Source: Camelus dromedarius (lineage: Eukaryota). Taken from it: a stretch of DNA of 64,000 bases. A program made the position numbers and the translations under genes. The notes under the pieces are model-generated. The model had not been told where the DNA came from. It saw nothing but the letters and a program-made list of their open reading frames with translations, and made no database searches. The stretch is from positions 78,866,001-78,930,000 of the forward strand of contig NC_087437.1 in NCBI RefSeq assembly GCF_036321535.1. Reading direction: 5' to 3'. Position 1 is the stretch's first letter. Each line of letters opens with the position of its first letter. Below are positions 13,015 to 25,062 of this stretch, in pieces.

Positions 13015-15085
13015 GTATTAGTTTCAGCTCAGAGATATAGGGAGCTGGAAAGAACATTATTCCAATCTTTATTTCAAGGGTAAAAATCTGAACAAACTAC
13101 AAATAAAAATAATCTTACTTGACCCAGTCAGTGGTTGGAGGTTACAGGATACACTAACACAAATTTTGAAGAAAGACAGGTATCTTGAGGAAGAAACAGC
13201 AAAAGAAAAGCTGTGTAACTGAAGTAGATGCTGCAGTGTGCTGTATAAAGTGATAGGAAAATTAGCTTTTAATTAGACTAACAAAATTAGCTTTTAACAA
13301 CTGCTAAAAGCCTAGTGTAAGCTAGCTTGAGAGTGTGAGGCCTGTGGGTACCACAGACATAGGAGCATTCCCATCCTCTTGTAGTTTTTGCTTCTATGAA
13401 TACCACAAGTATCTTACATAGAAAATTGGTAAGAATCCACATACGGATTTCCTCATAGTGCTTGTTAGGGCAGGGGAAACAGCAATCACTCCTGAAATCT
13501 CCTTAGCGCTATCTTAGTTATCTTCGCTGCAGAGAAGTATGAGGGGCCACTAAAGGAATCCCTGAGGCACTAAAGGAATCCCATTGTGGCTAGGATGGGA
13601 GTGGAGGTTCTGCACTGAAACTTCACCCTGAGTCCTCTCTTCTACCTCCCTTCAGCAATAAAAGTCTTAAACTAAAGTTTAAAGAGCATCCATTTCATAA
13701 CTTGAGAAACTTGGTAGATACTCATTATGTGAATTAATGGAGTGAAGGGGAAATGAAGCTCTGTTTCTGAAGGAAGGGCATGAAACCTAGGTTCATAGTT
13801 CCTGCTTAAGACTGAGGTTTAATCAGAACACCAGAGAAAACCCTTCCAAGCCACCACTGGTAACTGCTCATTTGTGAAAATAACAGAATAATACAACTGG
13901 CATAGCAGCAAAAAGTAGACTTCCTTTGGCAAGCAGGACAATGAAAAGACCCAATTCAAGTAAGGGAATAAAAACAATGTATTCCTAGAGGGTTCTGAAG
14001 TATCTGGTACTCACAGAAACAAAATACTTTAAATCTGATTTTCATTTTAACCAAAACTTCAAACCCAGCTCTATTCATGACTGGGTTAATAAAATCCTAC
14101 ACTGAAGTCATACCAGAAGGAAAGGTTGCTTATTTCCAAACATAAAAAATAACGTTTGCCATACTATCTACTATCCCATATAATATTTCTGTGTTTCAGC
14201 AAAACTATTATGAGACATAGAATAAGAAAAAGAAAAAGAAAGAGAGAAAGAGAGAGAGAGAGAATTCAGTGAGACAAAGAAATCATCATCATCCAAAAAA
14301 AAAATAATAATCAGAACAAGAATTAGATATGACACAAATGTGAAAACTATCGACCTGAGCATTTTAAATGGCTATGATTAGTATGTTAAAGAGTGTATTG
14401 AGAACGGCAGACACAATACAAGGTCAGACAGATGTTATCAGCAAATAGATGGAAAATGTAAAAAAGAATAACATGGAAATCCTAGAAATCAAACACAGTA
14501 ACATAAATGAAGAATTTCTTTAAAGCACTCATCAGTAGACTCAATATAGCCAAAGAAAGAGTCAGTAAACTTGAAGATAAGTCAATGGAAATTACCCAAA
14601 CTAAAATGCGAAAAAGAATAAAAAGTTTTCAAATTATAGAGAATTCAAGTGTTAAGGGACAATATTTAATGGAATTTCAGAATGAGAAGAGAGAACAAGG
14701 CAAAATAAATATTTGAAGAAATAATGGCCAAGAAATTTCCAAAATTAGTAAAACACACTGAACTACTGATACAAAAAGATTAGAAGATATAAAACAAATT
14801 TTTTTTTTAAAAACAAGGTATATCATATTCAAATTGCTGAAAACCAAAATTAAAAAAAAAAAACATTGAAGGCAGCCATGGATAGATTTGGGATGGAAAA
14901 GCATTTATCACCTACAAAGAAACAAAGATAACAATTAAAATAGATTCCTTAACAAAATCTGTGCAAGCGAGAAGAAAACGATGTGACACCATTGATTGTT
15001 AAAACAAACAAACCAAAAACCAAAAACCAAAACAAAACCAAAAACCCTGTCAACTATACCCAGTGCAATATTCTTCAAAAGTACA
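13015..15085 (+). mobile_element. Ancient LINE-1 (L1MC/L1MD-type) 5' UTR plus decayed ORF1
   Basis: 5' end gtttcagctcagagatatagggagctggaaag; ORF1 motifs atatttgaagaaataatggccaagaaatttccaaaatt and catattcaaattgctgaaaacca; A-rich + strand. Confidence 0.82.
14507..14716 (+). pseudogene. Decayed L1 ORF1p coiled-coil fragment
   Basis: ORF LISRLNIAKERVSKLEDKSMEITQ matches the L1 ORF1p heptad region; surrounded by frameshifts and stops. Confidence 0.85.
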
Positions 15086-16529
15086 ATAGAATACACACTG
15101 CTATATATAAAATAGATAAACAAAACATAAAAACCTCTCATTTATGACAGGAGAGAATTTTGAGTGCATTTATCACACTGAGATTAAAACTCAATGGTTC
15201 TCATAGAAATTATAGATGTCAGGTTGTAGCTTTAAAGAATTAACATTCTCAAGTAAGTTTTGGTGGGAAATTATATTTTCTTTAGACTTAAAAGACGAGA
15301 CACATATCAGAAAAATAAATGTATGTCTATGGGTATAATTTTTTTAAAGGCATAGACAAATAAGCAAAACCCCCACCAAACAAATATCCAGGAAGCATTT
15401 GAGCTGCTCTGATTTAGGCTAGCCTGAAAAGAGACATCATTACCGAAATCACAGCAGTAATCATGTCTTTGCAAAGTCAGATTAGAAGTCTGAATTATAT
15501 GCAACAAAGTTTTATTAAGAATGATAGGAAAATCTGAAAGCAGAGCATATGTTTTCCAGGTGCACTGGTATAAGCCTCTATGGGCTGCTGCTAAATTCTT
15601 TAGATAGAATTGTCCAGGGAAAATTTGTACTTAAATTTAATGATTTTACCTGTGCATAGTGAAAGTTGTGAATCCATTTGCTGGCTTTATCTTTTTTTTT
15701 TTTTAAGTATACATTTAAAATAAATTACTTGGTGGCTTTTCAGGAGCGTACGTTTAAACAAATCTACAGCATTATCACTTATTATTATTCTCAACTTTGA
15801 GTGTTCCATCCACACCTGTAAAAGCATATTTTGAATTTCACATTATAGCAATTTTATTTACAAAATTATTGGTGTTACAAAATAAAATAATACTGTCAGT
15901 CAGTTTTTACTGAATTGCTGTTTACCCATTACTGATCCCCATTTCTCTGTGCAACTACAAGGATTCTAAGAAAATACATGGATAGAAAAATAGATATACA
16001 TATTATATAATTATTTGAAGTTACAGAACTCTCTTCTTCCGTAAATCTTAGAATATCTTAGACTTGTGACCTGATTAATTCTCAGTGCTGTCCTTCTCAC
16101 TATTTTTGTTGTTGTTGTTGTTGGGGGAGGGGGTCATTTGTCTTTTTCACCATGAAGGGAACTCAGTAATAATCAGGAGTCTTTTCCTTTGCATTCTAAG
16201 ATGAATCCCTGTGTCTATTATTCTGCATTCTTAAATATTCATTGAGGATCTTCTGACAGAGACTGTGCTGTGGTTGAGAAAAATTTTAAAAATAAAGCTT
16301 AGCAGATTGTTCAGATGCAAAAAGAGTTATAGGTGTATAAATTCACGGAGTGTGAAGAAAACAGAAAATGATCATTATTACACTTTTGAAAGAGAGACAG
16401 ACTGTCCCTTGAGAATATTAGGACAATTAAAAACTTCCATCTACAAGGAATCCAGAAAGTTAGCATTTATTATTCCTTTAAGTTTTCATGAACATTATGA
16501 TTTAATATGTATTTTGAGTAAGTCAGGCA

Positions 16530-17265
16530 CATAATACAGAATTCAAATGGACATAAGTTTATATCATGAATACTAAGGCCCCTGCTCTCTGTCAACCAAC
16601 ATTCAATTCTCCATCTGAAACATACTTTTTTTTCACTAATTTTTTTAATCCACCCAGAAATATTCTATTTAAATACAAACGTATAAAGCTATCCTTTCAT
16701 TTTTCACACCAGTATTTGCTTTCTATACACATGTATAGAAATCCATGCCTTGTTTTTCTCACTAAACAATGTATTTTAGAAGTTATTTCATATCAGTGTA
16801 TACAGTATCAACTCATTATTTTTAATGTCTGTTTATTATGCTATTGAATGAGGTACCATGATATATTTCACAGTCCCTCAGATGATAGGCATGTAAATTG
16901 TTTCCAAGCACTTGGTGTTATGCACTAAACATCCTGGTGCCCTATTTGGAGTGTACTTCTAGGACAAATACCCTAGAGAGTTATGTACATTTAGAATTTG
17001 AAAAGTATTACCAAATTGCCCTACAAAACCTGCTGTCAACCTTTATTCTGTAAGTAGTGCATGAGAGTGTCTTTTCCCTAACAAAATATTTTATTACATT
17101 TTTTTGTTCTTTGCCTATGTGATAGGAGAATAACCTGTTGCTTGTAGTTAGGATTTTCATGATTTTTATAAGCATAGATGAATATTTTTCATGTTTATGA
17201 CCTTCTTTTCTTTTTCATGTTGAAATATTGGTCTTTTCCTTATTGACTTACAGGAACTTTTATAC
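16530..17265 (-). mobile_element. Ancient L1ME-type 3' end remnant
   Basis: tttcatatcagtgtatacag, gatgataggcatgtaaattgtttcca, attaccaaattgcccta, gcatgagagtgtc are typical L1ME antisense motifs. Confidence 0.75.
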
Positions 17266-18301
17266 CACGATTTATTTGAGACCACGACATTCCACTTTAG
17301 TGCTGCAGATTTTAACTTGAAATTCTTTCAAAGATTTTATCAGTAAGTCTAGTAGCCATAGAAAAACCCAATAATATTCATGAGCCATGGCTGATTCTTT
17401 GTAACATTAAACTTCCTAGTGAGCTTGATTGTTACCAGGTGAACAGTGAAACAGTCTTGCTTGCTTGTGTTTTAGGCTTCATTTATCATAAAATTGCTTT
17501 GATCATATTTCTTCCCTTTTAGGTTAATAGACATTAATAATGGTATACAGTAGAATTCCTATGCCTGAAACAGACTCGTTTCTCATGTAAAATAGTGACT
17601 TGAGAGAACCAACTCCAGTTAGTTAGGAAGGCAGCTGTCATTAAGTAAACTTTCATGTATAACATTTTGGAGCTGATGCAGGATTCTGAATTATCAATTA
17701 TATTTCATAAGTTTCTGGGTACCCTCCTTAATGTTGCCTTTTTACGTACTACATCTATAACCTGGTAAAGCATTGTTAATTTTTCCTTATAACAAGCCAT
17801 GAGCCAAGAGGGCATGAGCCAAGAGGGCAAGGCTCATTTGTGTCTTAAGATGGAAGAGACAGACCAGTTGTGATTTTTCAAGAATATTTTCCTAAGGGTG
17901 AAAAACGGGAAAAAAATTGTTTTTCTCCAAACAATCAAGACAGGGTTTACAAAAACTTTCTGATAGCAAGAGCTTATCTATAAAACTTGAGAGTTACCGT
18001 TAACTATTTCTGATTAAAGCAGAAAGTAGTCATCAATACAAATGAATATAAGGTGAACAATACAGATTGCTTGCTCTCCCTCCCACTCTACTCTCACAAA
18101 CAAAACATTTTGTTTATTTTTCTGATGAAAATCATTATCTACTCTTTTTAATCTTAATTCCATTATTTTAGGTCACTCATTAACATCTCCTGTCTGATTT
18201 GTGGCAATAATCTCTAAATTGTTCTCCATCGTGTATTTTTTTACCCTTCAATTCAGACTTCACATTGCCAAGAGAGTTACTTTTTAAAACTCATACACAT
18301 G

Positions 18302-18720
18302 TTTATCAGTAAACAAAGAATGCTGAAACCAAGGCATCAGTGGTTGCTGCCATCCCCCAGCCTCTGCAGCCACTCACAATGGTGCCCTCTGAGCAGACTC
18401 AGAATACGAAATGACAGGATACTGGCCCTAGATAGCTAGATGCTTGTCAGAGGAATGAATTCAATGAGCCCAAATGTTTGCTTCCTCCCATATATAGAAA
18501 AGCACTAAATTCTTTAACTTGAGATGCCTGGTTTTCTTTAGATAACAAGTAACCTTTTATTGTTCCAACTACCTGGTCTTTATTGTAAAGCTCCTATATA
18601 TCCTAGCTCCTCCCCTACCTCTTCGGAGCAGTCCCTCAGAGCAATCTGAGGTGCTGTCATCCCAGCTCTTGTCCTCCCGCCAAATAAAACATAACTCTCA
18701 AAAAATAAAATAAAATAAAT
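18302..18720 (+). mobile_element. ERV1 MER41-like LTR (U3-R only), polyadenylated and inserted by L1 machinery
   Basis: LTR motifs shared with the solo LTR at 20712-21220; TATA at ~18595, AATAAA at 18683-18688, A-rich tail at 18700-18720; 16-bp TSD aaaactcataca(c/a)atg at 18286-18301 and 18721-18736; TT/AAAA site. Confidence 0.88.
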
Positions 18721-19099
18721 AAAACTCATACAAATGAAGGTCCTATTCAACCCTTTGATTATGCTCTTCCCTCGCCTTCCCAGTTTAACACACACTCCCA
18801 TATCTGAACTTATCAGCATGACAATGAAATCTCTTAGTATTTTGACCATAACCTGGTATTTCTCATCAGAATTGACTATATTCTTATCAGTCCCCATTAG
18901 TACAGGTTCACTAAACCATTTATCCTTTTTCAGCATATCCTGTATTTTTTTTTTTTCTGAACTTTGCTTTTGCTAATCCGTCAACCTGGAAGAACTTTTC
19001 CACTTAGTACAATTGTACTTAAAAATAGCTGATTTTTTTGATGGCTTACTGTCCCAGGAATTATTTTAAGGATTTCACACCCATATCATCACTGAAAAA

Positions 19100-19212
19100 C
19101 ATAGGTACTATAATTCTTCACATTTTATAAATGATAAAATTGAAGTATGGAGAGGTTAAGTAGTATAGACTTAAATGTAAACCTGGATTTCAAACCTGGC
19201 ATTCTTTCTCTA
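19100..19212 (-). mobile_element. MIR SINE fragment
   Basis: cattttataaatgataaaattgaagtatggagaggttaagt is the MIR core in antisense. Confidence 0.7.
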
Positions 19213-20193
19213 GAGTTAGAACAGGAAAGACTGTGTCTTGATTATCTTCTTATCCTTCACAGCATGTTATACATTATTTGTATGGTGCAGGTTCTAAATA
19301 AATGTTGTTTAAATTGAATGTTTTATTTAAATTATAATTTGGGCTTGAAAGATCCAGAAAATTAACCTAATTATCCACTTGAGAATGTCAGTGTTGTCTT
19401 CACCCATTTTTGTTGAGATGACTTCTTCCTTTTTTCTTAAATATTTCTATTTTGACATTTACAGTCACAGCAGATGCTATTGCTAGAAATCCAAAGACAC
19501 CACAACATAGCAGTTTAAAGAACAGGCTATGATGACCCCAATTGATGGCAATTACTTAGAAGGGGCTACAGCTAGTAAAGTGACATTTAACCAAATTTGC
19601 TTTCCTTTAAGGGGAATTTAGAAAATATAAGAAGAAAGCCATAATTAAGAAAACTGACCTTGTAAATGTAGAGTGCATGCAAATGTGGTTAGAAGTAATT
19701 GGGTGACATCATTTTTCTGTGTAATAATCTTTATTTGATAAAGTTAAATTCTCTATCAAATTAATAATCATTTATATTTAATCACAAACTATGATTAATA
19801 TTAAAAGGAAACTGTTCACAGCCTTCATAGCCTTTATGTCAGTTGAGGCCTAATGCAAGTTTCAGGTATAGACTAAGATTTGTCCTGTGGAAATGGAAAT
19901 GGAAATGGAAAGTTAAAAATAAAAAATGCAAATTAAGGTCAATGGAATCTCTGCCTTTCCCTAAGACTTGTAAAATTAAATATCAGTATCAAAAATGTGT
20001 TAAAGTTATGTATCTAGGTAGTTTTTTCAATATGGTAGAGATTCATTTGGTAGAAAAAAATGTATTTTTGTGTGTTTTTTTTTTTCATGTTAACCTTTCT
20101 TAAATAGCTCTTTTGAATATGATTATTCTTTAGAATAATTTTATTCTGGCCTAACTTTCTTTATACCAGGGTTATATATTGAATTATTTAGAC

Positions 20194-20408
20194 TAGGGTT
20201 CCTCAACCTTGGCACTATTGACATTTTGGACAGGATAACTCTGTTATATGGGGCTGTCTTGTGAATTGTACGATGCCTAGCAGCATCCCTGGTCTCTAAT
20301 CACCAGATGTTATTAGTACCCTTTAAGCTGTGAAGACCAAAATGTCTCCGAAAATTGCCCGATGTCCTGGGGAGGTAAGGAGAGAGCTCTTCCTGCTGAA
20401 AACCATTG
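20194..20408 (-). mobile_element. MER20 hAT-Charlie DNA transposon
   Basis: agggttcctcaaccttggcactattgacattttgg...gcagcatccctggtctcta...aatgtctcc...gaaaaccattg; degenerate 8-bp TSD atttagac/atttatgt. Confidence 0.92.
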
Positions 20409-20711
20409 ATTTATGTTGACTCATTGCCCTTAGAATATTATTTTAGTCATTCCAAAGGATTCCTTAAAGAGAGCATGCTTTCAGGGAATAAGACTACATC
20501 CCCTACCTTTTTATCATTCCCTTTCTGTATTACTTAAAGGACTCCTGTCCCTCACCTCCTTTGGTTCCAATACATTTCTCTTATTCGATCTGACACATAG
20601 AACACAGGTAGCATGGACACCTCTCTGTAGTGAATTACTAACTACACATTCAGACTTTGATGCACAAGTAGCTCTATATTTAGATACTATGCTTCATTCC
20701 AGGGTAGGAAG

Positions 20712-21220
20712 CATCAATGGAAATAAAATGACACAACATGAGAGTTGTTGGTTAAGTTTTATTTGGTGCAAAATGAGGACTATAGCCCGGGAGAGAGTAT
20801 CCTGGAAAGCTCTGAGAAACTGTTCCAAAGAGGCAGGGAGAAAACTCAGTATTATATACAATTTCAGTGAAGGGGGGCACGTGCAGTCAAGCACACGTTT
20901 AGGCAGAGGCTTGCTGCTAGTCACGAGGAGCAGATGTCACCCTTAATGATTTTAGTGCTTTTCTAGATATAAGGATATGCGACAGTTGGGGTCATAAAAT
21001 CTTCTCCTGAAAATACCCAACTATCTGAAGGCCCATTCAGCCAGTTTTCCCAGAGCACAGAGTGCCTCAATCCTGACCTCCATCCTGAACTGCTTTCAGA
21101 GTATGTTGGAAGTCAGTGGCTGCAGTGGCTCATGATTTAATCCAAGCAGAGTTAGATGGCAAGTGTCAACATGATCCAGTCCTTGCAGAGGCAGATAGCA
21201 AATGCCAATTTTAGTTAGCA
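20712..21220 (-). mobile_element. ERV1 MER41-like solo LTR (complete U3-R-U5)
   Basis: On the minus strand begins TGCTAAC, has TATA and AATAAA followed by U5; 4-bp TSD gaag/gaaa; ~36-bp internal tandem duplication at ~21134-21208. Confidence 0.85.
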
Positions 21221-22404
21221 GAAACAGTGGGTGAGCCCACATCTCAAGCCCTTGTCTTTCAATAGCATGATAGCAGGAAGTAGTGAAGCAGCTCTACCTT
21301 GTGAGTTCCTTCCTCTCAAGCATCAGCAACTGTTCACTGTCTTATTTGGATATTATGTATTAAAGTAATGCAGCAAAAACGTTGACCCACCTTCTTTTTA
21401 GACAGCCGCCTACTACCAGGGGCAGTCTCAGCAGGTAGATGTATAGCCAGGGAAGAAAGGAAGCAGCAAACCACCACGGCCTCCCAGGATATTGTCATTT
21501 GCTTCAGAGGCAGTAGCTGTAGCAGCAGAGACCTGGAGTTATAAGGATGCAGTCTGAGTAGCCAGTAAACACAGATTATATGGAGATAGCATTCAGGTTT
21601 CTTAACACCTTTTATAGCTTGCATTTGTATTCTTTAAAAATAAACTCAATATACATTGTTCAAGTATCCATTTCACTAGTTCAAACAGTTACTGGTTTTC
21701 TTTTATAGTCTTCCTCCTTTTTTTTTTTTTTTTTTTCTGTAATATTGATTTGGCCCTTTGGGTGGGAGGAGAAAAAAAAACAGCATGCACAGCAGGTCCT
21801 CTCAATGCTGAGCACTTAAAATGCTATCAGATCTCCCAGCAAATTAGTGCTCCTTGAATGGGGCATTGACATTTCCCTATTTAAACCTCATTCCCTTAGG
21901 GAAGATTCTGTCACCAGGAACCAGGATCATTAACTGGGATCTAGATCTAACTACTGCATGGTATCATCTATATCCAAAAGGTACAAATGGAAGTTTCCAA
22001 ATTTTTCAGGTGACCTTTAGGATTAAAACACGTTTCTTTTTTTTTTAAATGCACTTGCAGCCTCTAGTTTTGCAAAGTGACACTTTCTAATGATAGAGGG
22101 TAATAAAGTGATATATGATAGCATGGTAAAAATGTTGACCCCATACATTTGTCAGAATAAATTTTTTTTTAATTCATTTGATCATTATTATCTGCCTCTT
22201 CTTTGTGACTTGCCCTAATTGCAAATGTAACAGTCTAAGAGACTCTCTTGATCCTGCTTACTTATTTCTTGTCATTTAGTCTTTGGTTTTGATAGAGTTT
22301 TTATTTTAAGGTAATTCATTTCATAGATAGAAGAAATTCTTAGTATATCTCTGACTTATGTTAGTCAATTACAAGCACAAATCAAAAGTTATACTGTAGA
22401 GACT

Positions 22405-22525
22405 AGGCAGCACCAAGGGTTAAGTGTAAAGATTTTGGAGTAAAGAAGATGAATGTTATTCTAGTTTCACCACTTCCTATTTGTTTGGCTTCAGACAAGT
22501 TAACTGCTGTCTCAGAGCTCCATTT
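22405..22525 (+). mobile_element. MIR SINE fragment
   Basis: gggttaagtgtaaagattttggagt...tttcaccacttcctatttgt...acaagttaact. Confidence 0.65.
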
Positions 22526-23318
22526 TTTTTTTAAAGGCTGAGTCGCCATTGCACTACATAACTTTAGACATCACTTTAAGTTTCATGAAACTTAATCATG
22601 AAATATAAATCACATGAGAATGTCAAACCTTGTTTTCCCTAAAGTCCTATCTATCTCAAATATTCTGATTCTCTGCTTCTATGTATTTCAGTTTTTCCAT
22701 CTTCCAACAGTAGGAAACATGTTGAATGGTAATAATTTTTTTCTCATTGCCTAACCCCTATGTCTAGGAGAATAACTCAGTTTTAACTGTTAAGGATGTA
22801 TGTGTGTGCTCTGTGTATGTGAGTACTATGTAAAACATTTGTTTGACAAAAAGTAAAAAAAAAAATAAATAAAAATTCAACTCTTTACTAAAGCTTGAAA
22901 ACCAATTTCCAATGATTTTTTCCTGCTAGAATTCTTCAAAAAAAATAATTTATTTTCTTTTTTTAACCTAAAACTCTTAGGGTCATGGACAGTGTGAGAA
23001 ATAAACATCTGAATAGTTGATCAAATTTAGCAAGCTAGAGTCATCAAGTAGGTAGAACAAGAGTAGCAATTTGAAGCCAGGGTTTGAACAAGGGAGCAGA
23101 GAACCTAAAGATTGAAATAGAGTTTATCTTCCCATAGCTTTCCCTGCCTTCCATGGTGTAGAACAAAGGTGGGCCTCCTGCAGATAAAAGCATCAATAAC
23201 AGCTTGCATATAAGAAATATAATGCTGTAAGGTACACTGGGTTATGAATATGGAAAATCTATGTAGGGAAAAGTCAGAGAATTATTTATGATTAACCAGA
23301 ATTGTGTTATTATTGTTC

Positions 23319-24145
23319 TGTTGCTAATTGAAAAAAATTGAAAGAAAAAAATGATCTGTTTTTCCTCCCATGTTTCCCTTTACTTTCATACTACTACTAC
23401 ATTCACAACACTTCTGACACCAGATATGTGGCGGTTTTCCTCACACCAAACAGTTCTCTGTGACACCAGCTGGGTGTCCTGCAATTTAACTCAATTCTCA
23501 ACCTGTCTAACCGGAGATAGCATCAGGGACAAAACTGTTCCTACCCCACATCTGAGGCCAGTGCAAGTCCATATTGTCACTTATAAATCTGAGGTTTCCA
23601 TGGCCCTCCTAGGGTTTGATTAATTTACTAGAGATGCTCACAGCACTCAGGGAAACACTTAGTTTAGGAGTTTATTAAAGGATATGGCAAGTGAAACAGA
23701 TGAAAAGCCAGATGAAGGGGTATGTAGGGCAAAGTCTGAGCACAGACGCTTCTGTCCTTCTGTAGTTGAAGGTGTGTCACTTTACCAGTACATGGATGTT
23801 TTCATCAATCTAGAAGCTCTCGTAATCTCATACTGTTGGATTTTACGGGGTCTTCCTCACACAGGCTAATCAATTATTAACTCTATTTCCAGCCTCTCTC
23901 CCCTCTGTGGAGAATTGGGGATGGAGCTAAAAACTTCAAGCACCTAATCATGACTTTTGGTCTTTCTGGTGACCAGTCTCATCCAGGAGCCATCTAAGAA
24001 TCTGTCCCCAGAGTTACCTCATTAGAACAAAAAATGCTCCTAGGACTCTTATCCCTTAGGAATTTACAAGAATTTTAAGAACTCTATGCCTGGAACAAGG
24101 ACAAAGACTAAATATATATTTCTTATTATGAATCACAGTATCACA
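23319..24145 (-). mobile_element. ERVL MER21-like 3' LTR
   Basis: acttctgacacca...ttttcctcacacca...gacaccagctgggtgtcct...ggagatagcatcag; LTR terminus cacagtatcaca (TG on the minus strand); left boundary approximate. Confidence 0.85.
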
Positions 24146-24685
24146 GTCCATCCCCTGGTCTTCTAACAGGTCTTCCTTGTTTAAATAAAACAATCTTAAA
24201 AGTCAAAAGATCCTGGCATTACTAGAGTTCTATTCAGGTGTTAATAACTGTCTAGTCCATCATCATATGAAAATGTCTCCCAGGGCAAGGCTATTCAGGT
24301 TTGCAGGCCTCCTTTTGACCTTATCAGTTTCCAAAAGATGAGTGGTGTCAGCAATATATGCCTTCACTTTTCCAGGCATCTGGTATAATCCAGCCAAGAG
24401 ACAGTGTCATCCCTTGCTTTGAGTCTCTTTTGAGGTGTTAATGTAATATGAAATTTCCCTCATTACATAATTTATTCCTTTACCTAGAGCTACTGTTTTT
24501 CCTTATCTCCATTTATAGCCAAATTTTTCCACCTGTGGAAAGGACATTAAGTCTGGTCACTGTGCTGGTCTGGATTGCATGCAACAATACTAGTCTAGCA
24601 AGTCCCTCCCCGTCGCTGATCATGGTAGTTTCTGTATGTGGCATAAGAGCTATGTATGCTTATTTTCTAGCTACCTTCACAAGAA
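24146..24685 (-). mobile_element. ERVL internal sequence (PPT plus decayed end of pol) attached to the MER21-like LTR
   Basis: Minus strand reads ccaggggatggac|TG (ERVL-type polypurine tract); decayed translation EGLARLVLL...GGKIWL...VALGKGINYVMRE resembles the ERVL pol C-terminus. Confidence 0.7.
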
Positions 24686-24856
24686 ATAGTGGGACAGACA
24701 AGTAGCCAACCGTAATACAGTGCATGACAGTTAATCGGAAAATGATACAATTTTAGTCAATTAGGAATTAGGCAAAGTAAACACAGCTACTATAACCATC
24801 TATTATCCAGACAGAATAATTTAAGAACTGAAGCAAATAAAACATTCCCTCCAAAA

Positions 24857-25062
24857 CAGTGGTTCTTGCCTCTAGCTGTATTTTAGAATCAGCTAGGTTG
24901 GGGGAGTTGTTCATAAATACTGAAATCTGTGCCCCACCTCCAACCAAAGTAGTCTAATATCCTAGACGGTATCTGGACAATGGTATTTTACATATATATA
25001 TATATATATATATATACGCTTTCTAATTGATTCTAGTGTGTAGCCAGTTTTGAGAATTACTA
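24857..25062. mobile_element. MER5-family hAT-Charlie element with an internal (TA)n at 24992-25016
   Basis: cagtggttct...ttagaatca...tgattctagtgtgtagccagttttgagaattact. Confidence 0.8.

Larger units (their letters stand above)
18170..19320 (+). mobile_element. Decayed L2 LINE, host of the retroposed LTR and a MIR
   Basis: catctcctgtctgatttgtggcaataatctctaaattg and ttcacattgccaagagagttactttttaaaa; 3' tail aataaatgttgtttaaattgaatg. Confidence 0.6.

Noticed and set aside
17798..17829. 15-bp tandem duplication catgagccaagaggg (similar short duplications at ~13260-13297 and ~13548-13582)
   Set aside because: Ordinary slippage duplications with only two copies each.
18580..18976. Overlapping 118-aa and 80-aa ORFs as a novel gene
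   Set aside because: They straddle the LTR/poly-A/L2 junction and are chance open frames.
19676..19684. Octamer ATGCAAAT sites (also near 39587, 41385, 58843, 62415)
   Set aside because: Scattered single 8-mers are expected in AT-rich DNA, with no supporting context.
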